63,688 nucleotides of DNA, filler included, from Octopus bimaculoides (GCF_001194135.2; 5 parts of 5 records of this genome joined end to end with filler, not necessarily neighbours in it); one strand, 5' to 3'. Counted from the first letter of the whole stretch, positions 36,471-51,120 are shown. A program made the numbers and translations. Notes: generated by a model not told the origin, from the sequence alone.

Positions 36471-38187
36471 TGCTGTTGCTTCAATAGTTTTATTTTCATT
36501 GCGTTGTTCCATAGCAATATTGAGCAACATACACCAAACCCTCAACCCTTGCAGCACTTCGTAACTGCTGTCTGTTGAAAATAATAAAATACATTATCCA
36601 TATATTGGCATTTTTATCCTGTTTGTTCATCAAATCCCATATTACATGTGTGTGAGTGTGTATATTTATGAATATATATATATGTGGTATATAGATAGAT
36701 AGAGAGAGAAAGAGAGAGAGTAAGGTACGTACACACACGCACACGCACACGCACACTGCCAGGTTTCTCCACCATCACCACCTTTTACACCAACGACTTC
36801 TTTCTCAGTTTATATGTTAGACAGAAACAAAACCAGTGAGCGGAGCTGGTCTGTACGTTATATAGAGAGCGGGAGAGAATATGAGAATGGAGGGATACAA
36901 CAGATTAGAAAGCGAATGAAGGAATGAGATAGAAAGAGATAGAAAGAGATATACAGTTAGATAGGAATATGAAAGTGTTATGCGAACAGATAATAGTATA
37001 TAAGTGATAAACAGATAAAAGGTATGAAACAGGACAGACAGATAATGTGATAGACTGGTAGATAAGTATATGAAAGACTCAGCGATAGATAAGAGCGTAA
37101 AAGAGAGAGGAAGACACATACAGACGATAGAGGCAAATAGAATGTTAGAGAAGAAAAGCAAGATGGAGCGAGACGTCTTCAAAGAAACGGGATGCGTTCG
37201 TAAATATAGCTTCTAATGTGCAAAAAAAAGATAAAACGGTCATGGCTGGAATGGCTTTCATTATAAGTGCGTTCAATCAGAGCTGATATGTAACTAAACA
37301 GCAGCAACGATTACAAATGTTTTCAGGCAACATGGAATCCTGTACGTCAGCGATTCGCCATCTTTCATCTGCCGTTTTGTTACCTCGTTTTCAAGTATTC
37401 CACCATCGACTTATTTACTTCCCAAAATATTCACAAAATAATTGATTCGCGATATATATGTGTGCGTATGTGTGTTTGTGTGTAAATATGTAAATATGAT
37501 TTGTTTATGTATGCATACATGTATGTTTGTTCGTTTGTTTATGTATATATGTATGTGTATGTATGTACGTCATTGTTCAGTTTTATTTCAAGATGTCTTG
37601 CCAATAGTGAAAGACCCGGTTTCTAACCTAGATTCAAGGCTTCTTCATTGCAATTTCAACATCAACAGGATATTTTTGTATGTATGTGTGTGTGTGTATG
37701 TATGTATGTTTGTATGTATACATACACACACACACACAGGATAAAGAGAAAAGGAAAGAGTGTACGCTAACAAACGAAAGGATAAAGGACTCAACACAGA
37801 TCGAATTGAGAGTATTTAATACCAAGATTTAATATGTGTGTGAAAACTGGAATTAAACTACAGCAAGCACAGCGACAGCAATAACTATAGAAACAATACT
37901 TTATACGCAATGAGTTCGCAATGATGATGATGATGATTGTAGTGGTCATGGTGGCGGTAGTAGCAACACGGGTGGTGTTGCATATTGTCGTCGTCATCAT
38001 CATCATCATCATCAGTATTGTTATTGCTATCATCACCATCATCATCATCATCATTATTGTTGCATTTAGCCCAATGGAAGTTAGATCGTCGCATCGATTT
38101 TCTATACAAGTATCACATTTACTGTTAGGATATTGATTTCTTAAATCAATCAGTCGTTTGCCCAAAGGAACTCTCCTGTGAATTTTG

Positions 38188-38286
<99 letters not shown>

Positions 38287-38684
38287 TATATATATAGATA
38301 TATATAGATATATATATATATATATGGACATGCATACACTAACATAAATATTTATAAATGAATATTCATTTAAATATACTTACAGATACACATACCACGC
38401 GCGCATACACACACACACACACACACACATCTATATACATACGTGTGTGTGTGTTTGTGAGTGTATTTGTGTGCGTGCGCAAATAAACACGCTACATTGT
38501 AAAGTCTCCTGTATCTGGAAGAGGTCACAAATGTTAAAAGCGATTTTTACTCGTTCTTTAAATTGTGTAACTGACGAATTAGCAAACGTGACTTCAAATG
38601 TAAAGGATTTTCAACAGCCTCCAGGCAACAGTACTTCGTTCTTCCCATCCAATTCTCTCTCATTCTCTCTCACTTTCTCTTTCA

Positions 38685-38732
<48 letters not shown>

Positions 38733-39091
38733 TATACGTATGTCTATCGATTTCTCTCTCTACCTCTCACCTTATCTTTTTCACTATGTCCCCCTCACTG
38801 CCTTTGTGTCTCGCACAATCCGTCTTTCGCTATTTGACGACCAAAGTATGATTGGCTGAGAAACAATGTGCTCGGGTCAGCTACTTTGCCTCACAACAAA
38901 CCATAGACTACGAAATTGTTATCACTTGTCCTTCAACCTTACAATAATTTTATTAAATATATATATATATATACATACATGCATACAGAGAATGACAGAA
39001 GTAAATAGACACCCCTCGCTTTATACGTGTTTCTTTGGTGGCATATTTTTTCAATATTGTAAACAAAAATTATGAACATTGAAAACATATA

Positions 39092-39320
39092 TTGGGTTGT
39101 CCGGAAAGTTCGTGCCGATTTTTAAAGGAAAAAAAAACAGATCAATAAATACTTGCCGTTACATTTTTAATCAACCAAATATGAACCATTTTGTTACACA
39201 ATGCGTCTTCATCTTTCCTTTAACTTGAAAATAACCTCTTCCCAGAATTGAGGTGGTACATGGCAAATAAGTCGAAATGTTAGCTACTATAAATCGGTAC
39301 GAACTTTCCGGACAACCCAA
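39092..39320. mobile_element. mariner-type MITE (229 bp)
   Basis: TIRs ttgggttgtccggaaagttcgtgccgattt / aaatcggtacgaactttccggacaacccaa (one mismatch); TA target duplication at 39090-91 and 39321-22. Confidence 0.92.
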
Positions 39321-40149
39321 TACAGTAATCTCTATTTTTGTAAGCAGTTGTATGTATATAGTATGTCCGTATTTTTGTATGCAGTGTAAATTAACGAAAT
39401 ATAAGCAAATGAACGAAATAGCACATGTATGGAACTACTCATTTAACTGTAAATGCCACAATAATTATTACAGAAAGACAAAGAATTTTATATTTTACCT
39501 TGCAACTGCTGCGATAATTATTAACTCGTAATTGAACAGTAACTGTGTATTGTTTTAATGGTAGTGAAAATAAAATTTCGTATTGACACTGGCCAGACAG
39601 CACTTCACGTATGTCTGTTGTCCACTGAGTATATATATAACTCAAGCAACACACAGCAAAGAGAAAGAGACAAAAATAAAATAACACGTGTTAATTTTTT
39701 TTTTTCTAAAAAAAGTTCAATGACGTTAACTGGAGTTTGGGGTTCGAGTAGACGTCATTCCACCTTTTCATTTATCATTACCATTCTTTTCATTCGATTT
39801 AATTTTTTCCCTACTTTTATGTTTTGTCTGTCCTTGTGCTGTCCCCTCTGTGTTTCGACCCTGTGTGTCGAATAAAAAAATCAAGTCGTCAGGTATGTAT
39901 ATGTATGTGTAGATGTGTGTGTGTGTGTGTGTTGACACTGGCCAGCCCGCACTTCACGCATGTCAGTCGTCTGGTATGTATATATATATATGCGTAGATG
40001 TTTGTGTGGGTGGGTTTAATACCGTACCGTATATAGTATGCCTATATTTTTGCATGCAGTATAAATTAACTATATGTATGTATATATGTATGCATTGTTT
40101 CAGTTTTGATACTGAAATAGTGGAAAAGTTTCATTTTCAAAGTGAAAGT

Positions 40150-40385
40150 ATTTGACATGAGTGTTTTTGTTTCATTTTTGACACGTAATACTTGAATAGT
40201 GGGGGAGATATTATGTCGCTGTGGACTCGAACTACGCAAAAAGTTTAAAATGTTTGACTAAAACACAACCGGGACCCTAAGTAAGGCATGTGTAAAATTT
40301 GAATGAAATTGGTTGTGTAGTTCTGGAGTTTTAGGGATTTGCACAGACACACACACAGATATACATTCTCATTTTTATATATATA
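40150..40385 (+). mobile_element. Possible Helitron/Helentron-associated (HINE-like) element 3' end
   Basis: ..tgtaaaatttgaatgaaattggttgtgtagttctggagttttag..(acag/ac)n..cattctcatttttatatata resembles HINE/Lep1-type ends. Confidence 0.45.
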
Positions 40386-40739
40386 NNNNNNNNNNNNNNN
40401 NNNNNNNNNNNNNNNNNNNNNNNNNNNNNNNNNNNNNNNNNNNNNNNNNNNNNNNNNNNNNNNNNNNNNNNNNNNNNNNNNNNNNNNNNNNNNNNNNNNN
40501 NNNNNNNNNNNNNNNNNNNNNNNNNNNNNNNNNNNNNNNNNNNNNNNNNNNNNNNNNNNNNNNNNNNNNNNNNNNNNNNNNNNNNNNNNNNNNNNNNNNN
40601 NNNNNNNNNNNNNNNNNNNNNNNNNNNNNNNNNNNNNNNNNNNNNNNNNNNNNNNNNNNNNNNNNNNNNNNNNNNNNNNNNNNNNNNNNNNNNNNNNNNN
40701 NNNNNNNNNTATATATACATATATATAGACATATGTATA

Positions 40740-40878
40740 TATAACTGGCTTCTTTCCGTTTCTGTCTACCAACAAGTCTTTGAGTCGGCCCAAGGCTATA
40801 GTAGAAGACACTAACCAAGGGCCTCAACCTGGAACCATGTGGTTGGGAAGCAAACCAATTACCACACAGCCACGCCTG
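40740..40878 (-). mobile_element. SINE family A, 5' part
   Basis: tctttccgtttctgtctacc..ggctatagtagaagacact..ggaaccatgtggttgggaagcaa..accacacagccacgcc. Confidence 0.75.
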
Positions 40879-41533
40879 CTTTGTCATCTCCAAAGCTATC
40901 GCCATTTTGACATTCATCTTCACATCGTTTTTTTTTTTTTCTCAATGGAGCTGTCTCCGTGTACAACTTATCACCTTCCGTAGTTAACGGACAGCCTTCT
41001 TCTTTTAACATCAAGAACTCTGTGACAACACGTTGGTTCTACTTGGAAACCGTTATTTACCTGCAATGAAGAACAGGAGAAAAGAGTTACTGACAGCAAC
41101 AATTTCAACTATCTATATCAATATATAATAATGTTAGGCCTACTTTTGGACTACCTTCAGTATAACACATTTCTGTGTGTATGTGTGTGTGTGCGTGTGT
41201 GTGAGTGTACGTGTGTGTGTGTGTATGTGTGCGCGTGCGTGCATGTGTGTATACATACATACATACAAATACATAAATTGTACATACATATGTGTGTGTA
41301 TCACTTTGTATGTTTATAAATTTATATACATATATGCATGTGAACAGGTGTCTATGTATGTCGACATACATGGTTATATATGTGTGTGAGCGTGTGTGTG
41401 TGTACATATATATCTACAATATATCTTATAAATATATATGTATATATGTATATATATATACATATATACACATATATACGCTTAAATATTTGTGTATATG
41501 TACGTATACATATATACATATACAATATACAAA

Positions 41534-41607
<74 letters not shown>

Positions 41608-41658
41608 NNNNNNNNNNNNNNNNNNNNNNNNNNNNNNNNNNNNNNNNNNNNNNNNNNN

Positions 41659-41696
<38 letters not shown>

Positions 41697-42346
41697 CATA
41701 TACATATACACAGATATATACATATATACATATATGTGTGTGTGTATGTACGTATGTATGTATGTATGACAAAAATCGAACAGTTAAAGAAAGTGAAGTC
41801 CAGTCGACAATTGAGTTTGTAGAAACAATAATAAAATGGCGACTATAATGATTTCTAGCTGTCGGCTGCTCCAAACGAAAATGGCTTCTCTATATTCACA
41901 TTGAAATGATCATAATGTTATTAGGTGTCGGCTCTATTAGTATCGGCCAGCCAGCATTTACAATTGTCGAGTAACTAATCACCGTTACAAATTACAACTG
42001 GCTTAAGTCTTATTTTCGTTCTATTCAGTTTATTACAATAGATGCTGTTGTTTTTAATGTTGTAGTCGTTGTTAGTGTAGCGACCGTGGCTGCGCTGTTC
42101 GAGATGGCGGTCGTCGCCATTGTAGGTATTTCTTTATATCTTTTTGTTCCGTTTTCTTTTTCGTCTTTTCCTAGACTTTGTTCCTGTCTTCCTTGGTTTA
42201 TTTGTTGTTGCTGCTGCTGTTGTTGTTGTTATACTTCTTGTATTCCTTCGGCTTCATATTCTTCATTTCCTTCTTTTTACTCACTCTTTATATTGGTAGT
42301 TACCTGCTGTTGTTGTTAGTATTAACATTATTAATGTTATTGCCAA

Positions 42347-42400
<54 letters not shown>

Positions 42401-42693
42401 CAGCAGCAGCAGTTGTGGTGTTGATGTTACTGTCGATTTGAATCAATATGTTACCCTCAAGTGGTATTTACTATTCTGTGTGCTTCCGTTTTATATATAT
42501 ATACATATATATACATATGTATATATATATATATATGTGTGTGAGTGTCTGTCTGTGTTTGTATGAGTGTGTTTGTGTGAGTGTGTGTGTTTGTGTGTGT
42601 ATTCATACTCACACACACTCACATATACACACACACACACTGACACACACACACACACAGACACACACACAGACACACACAGACACACGCACG

Positions 42694-42734
<41 letters not shown>

Positions 42735-42778
42735 NNNNNNNNNNNNNNNNNNNNNNNNNNNNNNNNNNNNNNNNNNNN

Positions 42779-42790
42779 TTAATTAATTAA
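42779..42790. other. Artificial assembly linker TTAATTAATTAA inside an N-gap
   Basis: As above. Confidence 0.9.
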
Positions 42791-42869
42791 NNNNNNNNNN
42801 NNNNNNNNNNNNNNNNNNNNNNNNNNNNNNNNNNATATATATATATATATATATATATACGCACGTTTG

Positions 42870-43030
42870 CATACGATGAGCTTCTTTCAGTTTCCGTCTA
42901 CGTAATCCCCTCAGGAAACTTTGATCGGCTTGAAGCTATAATAAAAGACACTTGCCCAAGTTGCCACACAGTCGGACTGAATCCAGAAGCATGTGGTTGA
43001 GAAGCAAGTTGCATACCACACAGCCACACC
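42870..43030 (-). mobile_element. SINE family A, 5' part
   Basis: cttctttcagtttccgtctac..gacacttgcccaag..ggactgaatcc..ccacacagccacacc. Confidence 0.75.
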
Positions 43031-43648
43031 TATGTATTGGCCAAACGTGTCGTATACCACGTCCCACTTAATAGCACCAGATAGCTAGCTAGATAGATAG
43101 ATATATAGATATTTAACTGACTAACAATTTGTATTTGTATTGTTATATTTTGGGATGGACATTTTTTGCCAAATATTTAGTTGACTAACAATAAAGAAGC
43201 GATATTTAATCAGTGTGTATGTTACTATTATTGGTGTAATCACACAAGATGTAGTGCATGATTATATTATAATTATATTCAAATTGCACTTGATACTGTT
43301 ACTGGAAATTTTATAATATTTCGATTTGTTATTCAAACGAATTACAAAAAAATTGTTTCTCTAACTCCGTATGTTCGGTACGAATGTCGTGCCTTTTCAA
43401 AGTTTCCATAGTTTTGTTACCAGCAAACAGATATGTCATACTAGACAAATACAAACAGAAATAGATATTTTACTAAAGATGTCTTTTCAATCAAAGCGTA
43501 TTTGAACGGGTAAATTTTGAATAATATTTAATTGTATATGTCGAGGAAATATATTTCTATGCTTTATTGAGTGAAAAATGATTATTTCCCTGAAGGATTA
43601 TTCAAAAATTTCTTAACTGTATCTTATTTTTTAAGAAATATTCGTTGT

Positions 43649-43694
<46 letters not shown>

Positions 43695-44035
43695 GCATGC
43701 GTGTATGTGTGTTTGTGTGTCTGTGTTTGTGTGTGCGTGTGTGTATGTGTATTGGTGTTTGTCATATCTCAGTAGGATTGCATCATTTTGTGTTTTGAGT
43801 TGTTTGAAGTTATTTATGCTGAAATTTAAACAACTCCGATAATCGAAGAAGATAATCATAAAGCAATCTTGAAAATACAAGCAACAACAACAACAAAGCT
43901 AAAAAAATAACAAAAATCATACAAAACAAAACAAAGGATATTTTTTCCTATTTCAACACAGAATTGCTGTAATAGAATACAACCACAATACCAAATATAA
44001 ATGTATCAGTGTTATATGAATGTTATTAATGCGCG

Positions 44036-44105
<70 letters not shown>

Positions 44106-45379
44106 AATAATATTGATCACTTTATTATTTTTCTTTGTTAAACAAGAATGCTATTAAGACTGATCTTCACCGAGATGAACAAAATTTAAGTTATTTCATT
44201 CAATATATTTTTTCTGCTGTACCTTCATGCTTTTCTCTTTTTATCTTGAAGAAACTCTTTAATATCCTTCAATTTTGTTTTATAAGAAAACAAAATACAA
44301 TCCCATGTAATATTACTTCAGACATAAAACCGATAAATAACATTCGAAATCCTATTTCAAATGGAAGCTTTTCTAAAGAGAGTTGAAAGAAAATCAAGCT
44401 ATAAAAAGAAATTAATTGTTATATTAATGTTAATTTTAAGACAATTCTCCTGATAGAAATATAACTGTTTAACGATGTTTTCTGGGAAATATTTCCAAAC
44501 ATTTCAGTAAATATCACTAACCGCATTTGTTTGAAAAGTACCTAGTTTATGAAATTACAAAAACTAATATGGGTGAATACGTGGAATAGAATATATACTC
44601 GCTCTTCCCTTTTCTTTCTTCTCTGGCACATCCTCGCTCTCTTACCTTTCCTCATAATATATATCACTATTCCGGTAAACAAATGGGAGAAAAATATCAC
44701 AGAGCATAAGTCTTACCTGGTGAGGGATTCAGTCCCTACTCAGAGTTTTCTATTTCGTACACTTGGTCGACTGACAAAATGAGGTTCACCGTGAGATCAA
44801 AGATAGCAACGGTGTGGATTGTCAATTTCAAGCCAAGAGAACTGGCGCAATAAAGTTATTATTCATAGCAAAATGACTCAACGTTTGTACTAATATACAT
44901 ACTTACATACACAAAAATATGCATACATATATACACACACATGCATGCATACATATACACATACGCACGCACATACATACATACATACATACATACATAC
45001 ATACATGCATACATATATGCGAACGTTAAGTTACTTAAAATATGCTTGTGATATATTTCTACTTCTTAATTCACTGAAGTTATCATAGATAAAAAAAAAA
45101 TCTCTCTGTCGAATTCCTAGATGCAACGTTTCTGTCTCTTTAGTCCTCCTCAAACGGAAATAACGAAGAGAGCTAAATTAGTGCAGATTAAAGTCGTAGC
45201 TTTAACTAAAAAACAGTCAACAGCGTTGACTGAGTTGCTGGCCGGAATAAAATCAGCAATATCAGTTCAAAGCAGTGACCTGGCTATATCAAGCGCAAAC
45301 AAGGAACTTTTCCCACCACTGCGCAATATCACCACGATCAACCTTAACGCCTGCACAGTCGTCACGCCAATATTTTAAA

Positions 45380-46680
45380 TAAATATTGGGGGCCTGTTGC
45401 ATCATATTAAAAACAAAATTTCCTTCTTGAGAGACCTTGATGCATGCAATCAAGCCCTATGAGGAGCACTCGTGGAAACTCACCTCAGCCCTGATATAGA
45501 GGATGCAGAAGTACACGTATCAAAATATGCGATACTGCGAACAGACAGAGGGGAAAGGAGCCATGGTGGAGTTGCATCACATCAACAATAGCGAATTTTT
45601 TTTCCTGAGAGACCTTGCTGCATGCAATCAAGCCCTATGCATAGCACTCGTGGAAATCCACCTGAGCCCTGATATAGAGGATGCAGAAGTACACTCTAAT
45701 TGTATACATAAGACAACACAATATAGTCATATCCAACATATATTGCCCACCGGATGATCCAAATCACATTGGTAAGTTTGAAGATTGTCTCAGAAGTCCT
45801 CATGAAACTGGAACACCATGTGAGCGTATTTCTTATGGGTGATTTTAACTTCCCCAATGTCAAATAGCCCGAAGGCCTCATGCTCTTAGAAATGAATCAT
45901 TGCAAGCAAGCACAAGTGGAATCCCTGCTCAACCTCACCGATGCCCTATTCATGGAGCAATTTGTACTCAGACCAGCTAGGGCGAATAACATTTTGGATC
46001 TCTGATTCACAAACAACATGGACATCGCTCATGATGTGAAAGTGACGCCGACATTAGTTTCGGATCACAACATAATAGAGCTGTCTATGTATGGACCAAA
46101 AGTAGTTAGAGACATACAGCCTAAAGAAAGCACCCAAAATCTCTCCAATCTGAACATTCCCAAAGCAAACTGGAAATCGATCCAAAAAGAAATACTCAGA
46201 CAGGACTGGCCGAAATGTCTCTCCACACCAGACATTGGCATGAAACGAGAATATTTCGTACCTGTTATGCAAACCATATTCCAGAAATATGTCCCAGAAA
46301 TTCCCGAAATATGTCCCAGAGCCACCCAAGGCCAACACAAAAAGAACAATATTCCAAGGGAGAGGAAGATGCTCATGACACGACGGACGAAGGTTGTAAA
46401 AATCGCTTCAACTAACATTCCAAAAGTAGTGAAAGGTCCCGCCTAAAAACAGCACTGATAGAGATTGAAAAAAGCCTGCAACAATCCTATGTGGGGGAGA
46501 GAGCAGAGAAAAAAGCCTGGGTTATAAAAAAAGCATTAAGTCAAACCCAAAGGCCTTCTTTCATTATACTAAAGAAACAGCCTCAGTACGCTGCAAAATA
46601 CGACCCCTCTTCCAAAGGATGGCTCCCTCACAGATAGTCCAACCAGGATCAGTGAGGTACTGAATGACCAGTTCAAAAGT
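45380..46680 (+). mobile_element. Decayed CR1/L2-group LINE ORF2: APE endonuclease and linker, with an internal 93-bp duplication
   Basis: ALVETHL, RTDR..GGVA, IYCPPD, FLMGDFNFP, MEQFVLRPARANNILDL*FTN, VSDHNIIE, KANW, IKSNPKAFFHY, EVLNDQFKSV. Confidence 0.88.
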
Positions 46681-46685
46681 GTGTC

Positions 46686-46877
46686 TCAATTCAGTCCAAT
46701 ATACAACTGCAAATTCAAAGATTGGAATAAATCCAAAGATTATAATGAAATGGCATTTCGAATAATATTGGGCAGAATCTCATCATGGCAGGAGTACAAT
46801 AGAAAGAGTTACGTTTTGACGGACTGGATTTGAAAGAATCCAATTCATCAACATGTAACTGAATTGGACTGAATTGA
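46686..46877. repeat. Short element bounded by 15-bp inverted repeats (possible MITE)
   Basis: tcaattcagtccaat (46686-46700) / attggactgaattga (46863-46877), starting where LINE homology stops. Confidence 0.45.
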
Positions 46878-47704
46878 AACGTTCGTTGTCTTTTATTTGG
46901 CAGTATGTTAATAAATTAATTTTATATCTTTACCAACACTCAATTCTTCTTCTTGAATTATATATATATATATATATATNNNNNNNNNNNNNNNNNNNNN
47001 NNNNNNNNNNNNNNNNNNNNNNNNNNNNNNNNNNNNNNNNNNNNNNNNNNNNNNNNNNNNNNNNNNNNNNNNNNNNNNNNNNNNNNNNNNNNNNNNNNNN
47101 NNNNNNNNNNNNNNNNNNNNNNNNNNNNNNNNNNNNNNNNNNNNNNNNNNNNNNNNNNNNNNNNNNNNNNNNNNNNNNNNNNNNNNNNNNNNNNNNNNNN
47201 NNNNNNNNNNNNNNNNNNNNNNNNNNNNNNNNNNNNNNNNNNNNNNNNNNNNNNNNNNNNNNNNNNNNNNNNNNNNNNNNNNNNNNNNNNNNNNNNNNNN
47301 NNNNNNNNNNNNNNNNNNNNNNNNNNNNNNNNNNNNNNNNNNNNNNNNNNNNNNNNNNNNNNNNNNNNNNNNNNNNNNNNNNNNNNNNNNNNNNNNNNNN
47401 NNNNNNNNNNNNNNNNNNNNNNNNNNNNNNNNNNNNNNNNNNNNNNNNNNNNNNNNNNNNNNNNNNNNNNNNNNNNNNNNNNNNNNNNNNNNNNNNNNNN
47501 NNNNNNNNNNNNNNNNNNNNNNNNNNNNNNNNNNNNNNNNNNNNNNNNNNNNNNNNNNNNNNNNNNNNNNNNNNNNNNNNNNNNNNNNNNNNNNNNNNNN
47601 NNNNNNNNNNNNNNNNNNNNNNNNNNNNNNNNNNNNNNNNNNNNNNNNNNNNNNNNNNNNNNNNNNNNNNNNNNNNNNNNNNNNNNNNNNNNNNNNNNNN
47701 NNNN

Positions 47705-47741
<37 letters not shown>

Positions 47742-47819
47742 TTGTGTGTATATACATATACACATATATATATATATACATATACATATGCACACATATA
47801 TATATATACATACATACGT

Positions 47820-47965
47820 AACGCTGGAAGATACACTGGCTATGAAGAAACGCCATGAAAGAGGTGAATAAGTGGTAGCAATTGCATGATCTTTTGGGAT
47901 GAGTCGGACAACTGTATCAACGATTGTACATAATAAGGACAAGATTTTAGCAAATATCAAACATA
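47820..47965 (+). mobile_element. pogo/Tigger transposase N-terminal HTH fragment
   Basis: TLEDTLAMKKRHERGE*VVAIA*SFGMSRTTVSTIVHNKDKILANIK is CENP-B/psq-type HTH-like. Confidence 0.7.
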
Positions 47966-48147
47966 TCAAACCATGTATTGTTGAAAATGCATTGATAAAT
48001 TAAGTACAGAACTTGGAATGGATATTATCAGTTTAGCCTAGAGACAAGTAAATTCAGCCTAGTCTAATCTAGGGATAAGATAGTTCGGCTTTAGTCGTCT
48101 TTCAACTTAAGTCATGTCTCCTGGAACCGTAGGGTGAGGTATGCCTG

Positions 48148-48223
<76 letters not shown>

Positions 48224-48309
48224 CAAACACACATATATGCATACACACACACACACACACACACANNNNNNNNNNNNNNNNNNNNNNNNNNNNNNNNNNN
48301 NNNNNNNNN

Positions 48310-48321
48310 TTAATTAATTAA
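48310..48321. other. Artificial assembly linker TTAATTAATTAA inside an N-gap
   Basis: As above. Confidence 0.9.
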
Positions 48322-48365
48322 NNNNNNNNNNNNNNNNNNNNNNNNNNNNNNNNNNNNNNNNNNNN

Positions 48366-48398
<33 letters not shown>

Positions 48399-48649
48399 TA
48401 CATCCGTGTATAGTGTATACATAGGCATGTATATTGTATATACATGTATAAAATGTATATCAGTTGTTTGTATGTGAATATATATTGCATATATTGTGTA
48501 TATATGTATATATATACATATATATGTTTATGTGTACATATATGTATATATATACATATTGTGTATATATGTATATATATGCATATATATGTTTATGTGT
48601 ACATATATGTATATATATATACATATATATGTTTATATGTAAATATATG

Positions 48650-48683
<34 letters not shown>

Positions 48684-48749
48684 TAGATACATGTATATAC
48701 ATATACACACACATATATATATGAATATGTATTATATATACACTGCATA

Positions 48750-48831
<82 letters not shown>

Positions 48832-49147
48832 TATACGTACATATGTATGTATATGCATGGGTATATATATTTATATACACTTACACACATATACATATAT
48901 TCATACATACATGCATATATACATACATACATACTTACATAGTACAAGGACTTACCTACACATTCATTCGCACACTTACATAGATGATATTCGTTGCTAT
49001 ATTGGAAGGTAAAATGCTTCACTGGTCTAGATCAGATCAGAATGAGAAAGCTGTCAAGCGTTCAAATCCAATTAATCAAAGAGCAGTTGCTTAATGCATA
49101 AAGTATTATTGTTGTTAATACTGCTGCTGCTGCTGCTGCTGTTGTCG

Positions 49148-49203
<56 letters not shown>

Positions 49204-49339
49204 AGTAAATATTCTCTGATCTAGTTTACTGTAGCATAGGATGTGTAATAAACGCTTATTTTTTTTATTCATATGTATTATTTTTATTTTGGCCCGCTAC
49301 GAAACACCTGCATCATAGATTAAGTAATACTAAAACTCT

Positions 49340-50215
49340 GTTATCCTCCATACCATCCACTCTACCATCCCCTCCTACCATCCACCCTAACACCCATTCA
49401 GTCAACCACATTACCATCATCCATACCACCCACCCTGCTTTTCAAACTACTATGCATCCATTCCATCCACCCACCCAACTATCCACCCTACCATCCACCC
49501 TATCGTCCACCCTCGTATCCACCCTATCATTCACCCTAACACCCATTCAATTAACTACATTGCCATCATCTACATCATCCATCCTCCTTTTCTCCCACCA
49601 TCCATCCATACCATCCATCCAACCATCCGCCCTACTAGTCACACTACCATCCACTCACCTATTCACCCACCCATCAACCTTATCACTCACCCTAACACCC
49701 ATTCAATTAACCACATTACTATCATCCATACCATCCGTCCGGCTTCTAAGCCTACCATCCATCCTATCCGCCACACCATCTAGTCTAATATTTACCATAC
49801 CATGGGACGTACTACCCACCATACCATCCATCTTACGATACACCCTACCATACCTCAAATCCCGTCTACCATCGATCGTTTCATGTACCCTACCGCCCAA
49901 TTTCCATCCACCATATCATTCACTCTGCCATCCGTCTACCATCCATTCTACCCAGCACACTACGATTCACTCTAACACCCACCCAATCGTTGATCATACC
50001 ATCCACCCTGCCTCGCATCTTATCATCCACCCTACCATCCAACCCACTAACAACCTGACCATAAAACTTACAGCCACCCCACTATGTTACCGTTCATCTG
50101 CCATCCATCATACCACCAACCTTATCATCCACCTTACCATCCATCCTAAAATCTACACTACCTCCTACCCTACTACCCACCCTAATATACATCCTACTAC
50201 CATCCTAGGATACAA
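49340..50215. repeat. Degenerate C-rich (CCAT/CCAC) satellite with ~150-bp higher-order units
   Basis: accctaacacccattca recurs at 49384, 49533 and 49689; strong C/G strand skew. Confidence 0.8.
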
Positions 50216-50259
50216 CTTTAAAAACCAAAAAAAAAAAATGGCTTCCAACACTTCCAATC

Positions 50260-51120
50260 ATCGAAGAAATAGATAAGAAGCCCACTCAAGACGAAGTCTC
50301 AAAGGCCCTGCACTCCGTAAAGAATAAGAAGTCCTCTTGCGAAGACGGTGTCCCTGGAGGTTTAAAATACGGCGGACTGCAACTTGAGTCATACCTTCAC
50401 TCTTTCCTAATTTTCTACTGGAAAAACAAAAAAATTCCTGAGTGCTGGAAAAATGCCAACATCATTTGCATTTACAAAAGAAAAGGCGACCGATCCGACT
50501 GCGGTGACAGCAGAAGCATCTCCCTTCTGGTTGTGGCTGGCAAAACCCTTGCACGCATTATTCTCCACCGCCTTCTCATCTTCGTGAATCTCAATGTGGT
50601 TTCAGACCCGAATGAAGCACGATTGATATGATATTTGTTGCACGGTTGCTTCTCGAATAATGCAAAGAACAATAAAACGAAATGAATTTTGGTTTCATCA
50701 ATTTAATGAAGGCTTTTAACACTGATAATCGCGAAATTTTATAGAAACTTCATACAAAATTCGGCTGTCCTCCAACCACTTTAACTATCATCGGCAAATT
50801 CTGCGACGGAATGCTATCCAGAGTCTCTCTCGGTGAAGCACCCTCAGAACAATTCAATATCAAATAGGGAGTCAAACAGGGCTACGTTTTCTCCCCTGTT
50901 TTGTTCAACATCTCGGGTCCATTACTGCTTTGATGGCAGTATTTTCAACCTCCGCCGGCCCAAAGCAAAAAATTTGACATCAGCATTGCAGATTTCTGAG
51001 CTCCAATATGCAGATGACGCCGCTACCACTGCTCACGAAACAGCCTCACTCCAGCGATCCTTAAGTGCCATACACGAGACCTATGCTGTTCTAGGTCTTT
51101 ACATCAACATAAAGAAAAAA
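50260..51120 (+). mobile_element. Decayed RTE (BovB-like) LINE reverse transcriptase
   Basis: WKNANIICIYKRKGDRSDCGDSRSISLLVVAGK, SQCGFRP..STIDMIF, KAFN, GVKQG..FSPVLFNI, ELQYADDAA. Confidence 0.92.

Noticed and set aside
40960-41080. Minus-strand acceptor-like site ttcattgcag|gtaaat as a coding exon
   Set aside because: Two frames stop at once and the third gives an unrecognisable 29-mer; the site is equally donor-like.
49452-50276. 274-aa Ser/Thr/Pro/His-rich ORF
   Set aside because: Product of a stop-poor C-rich satellite.
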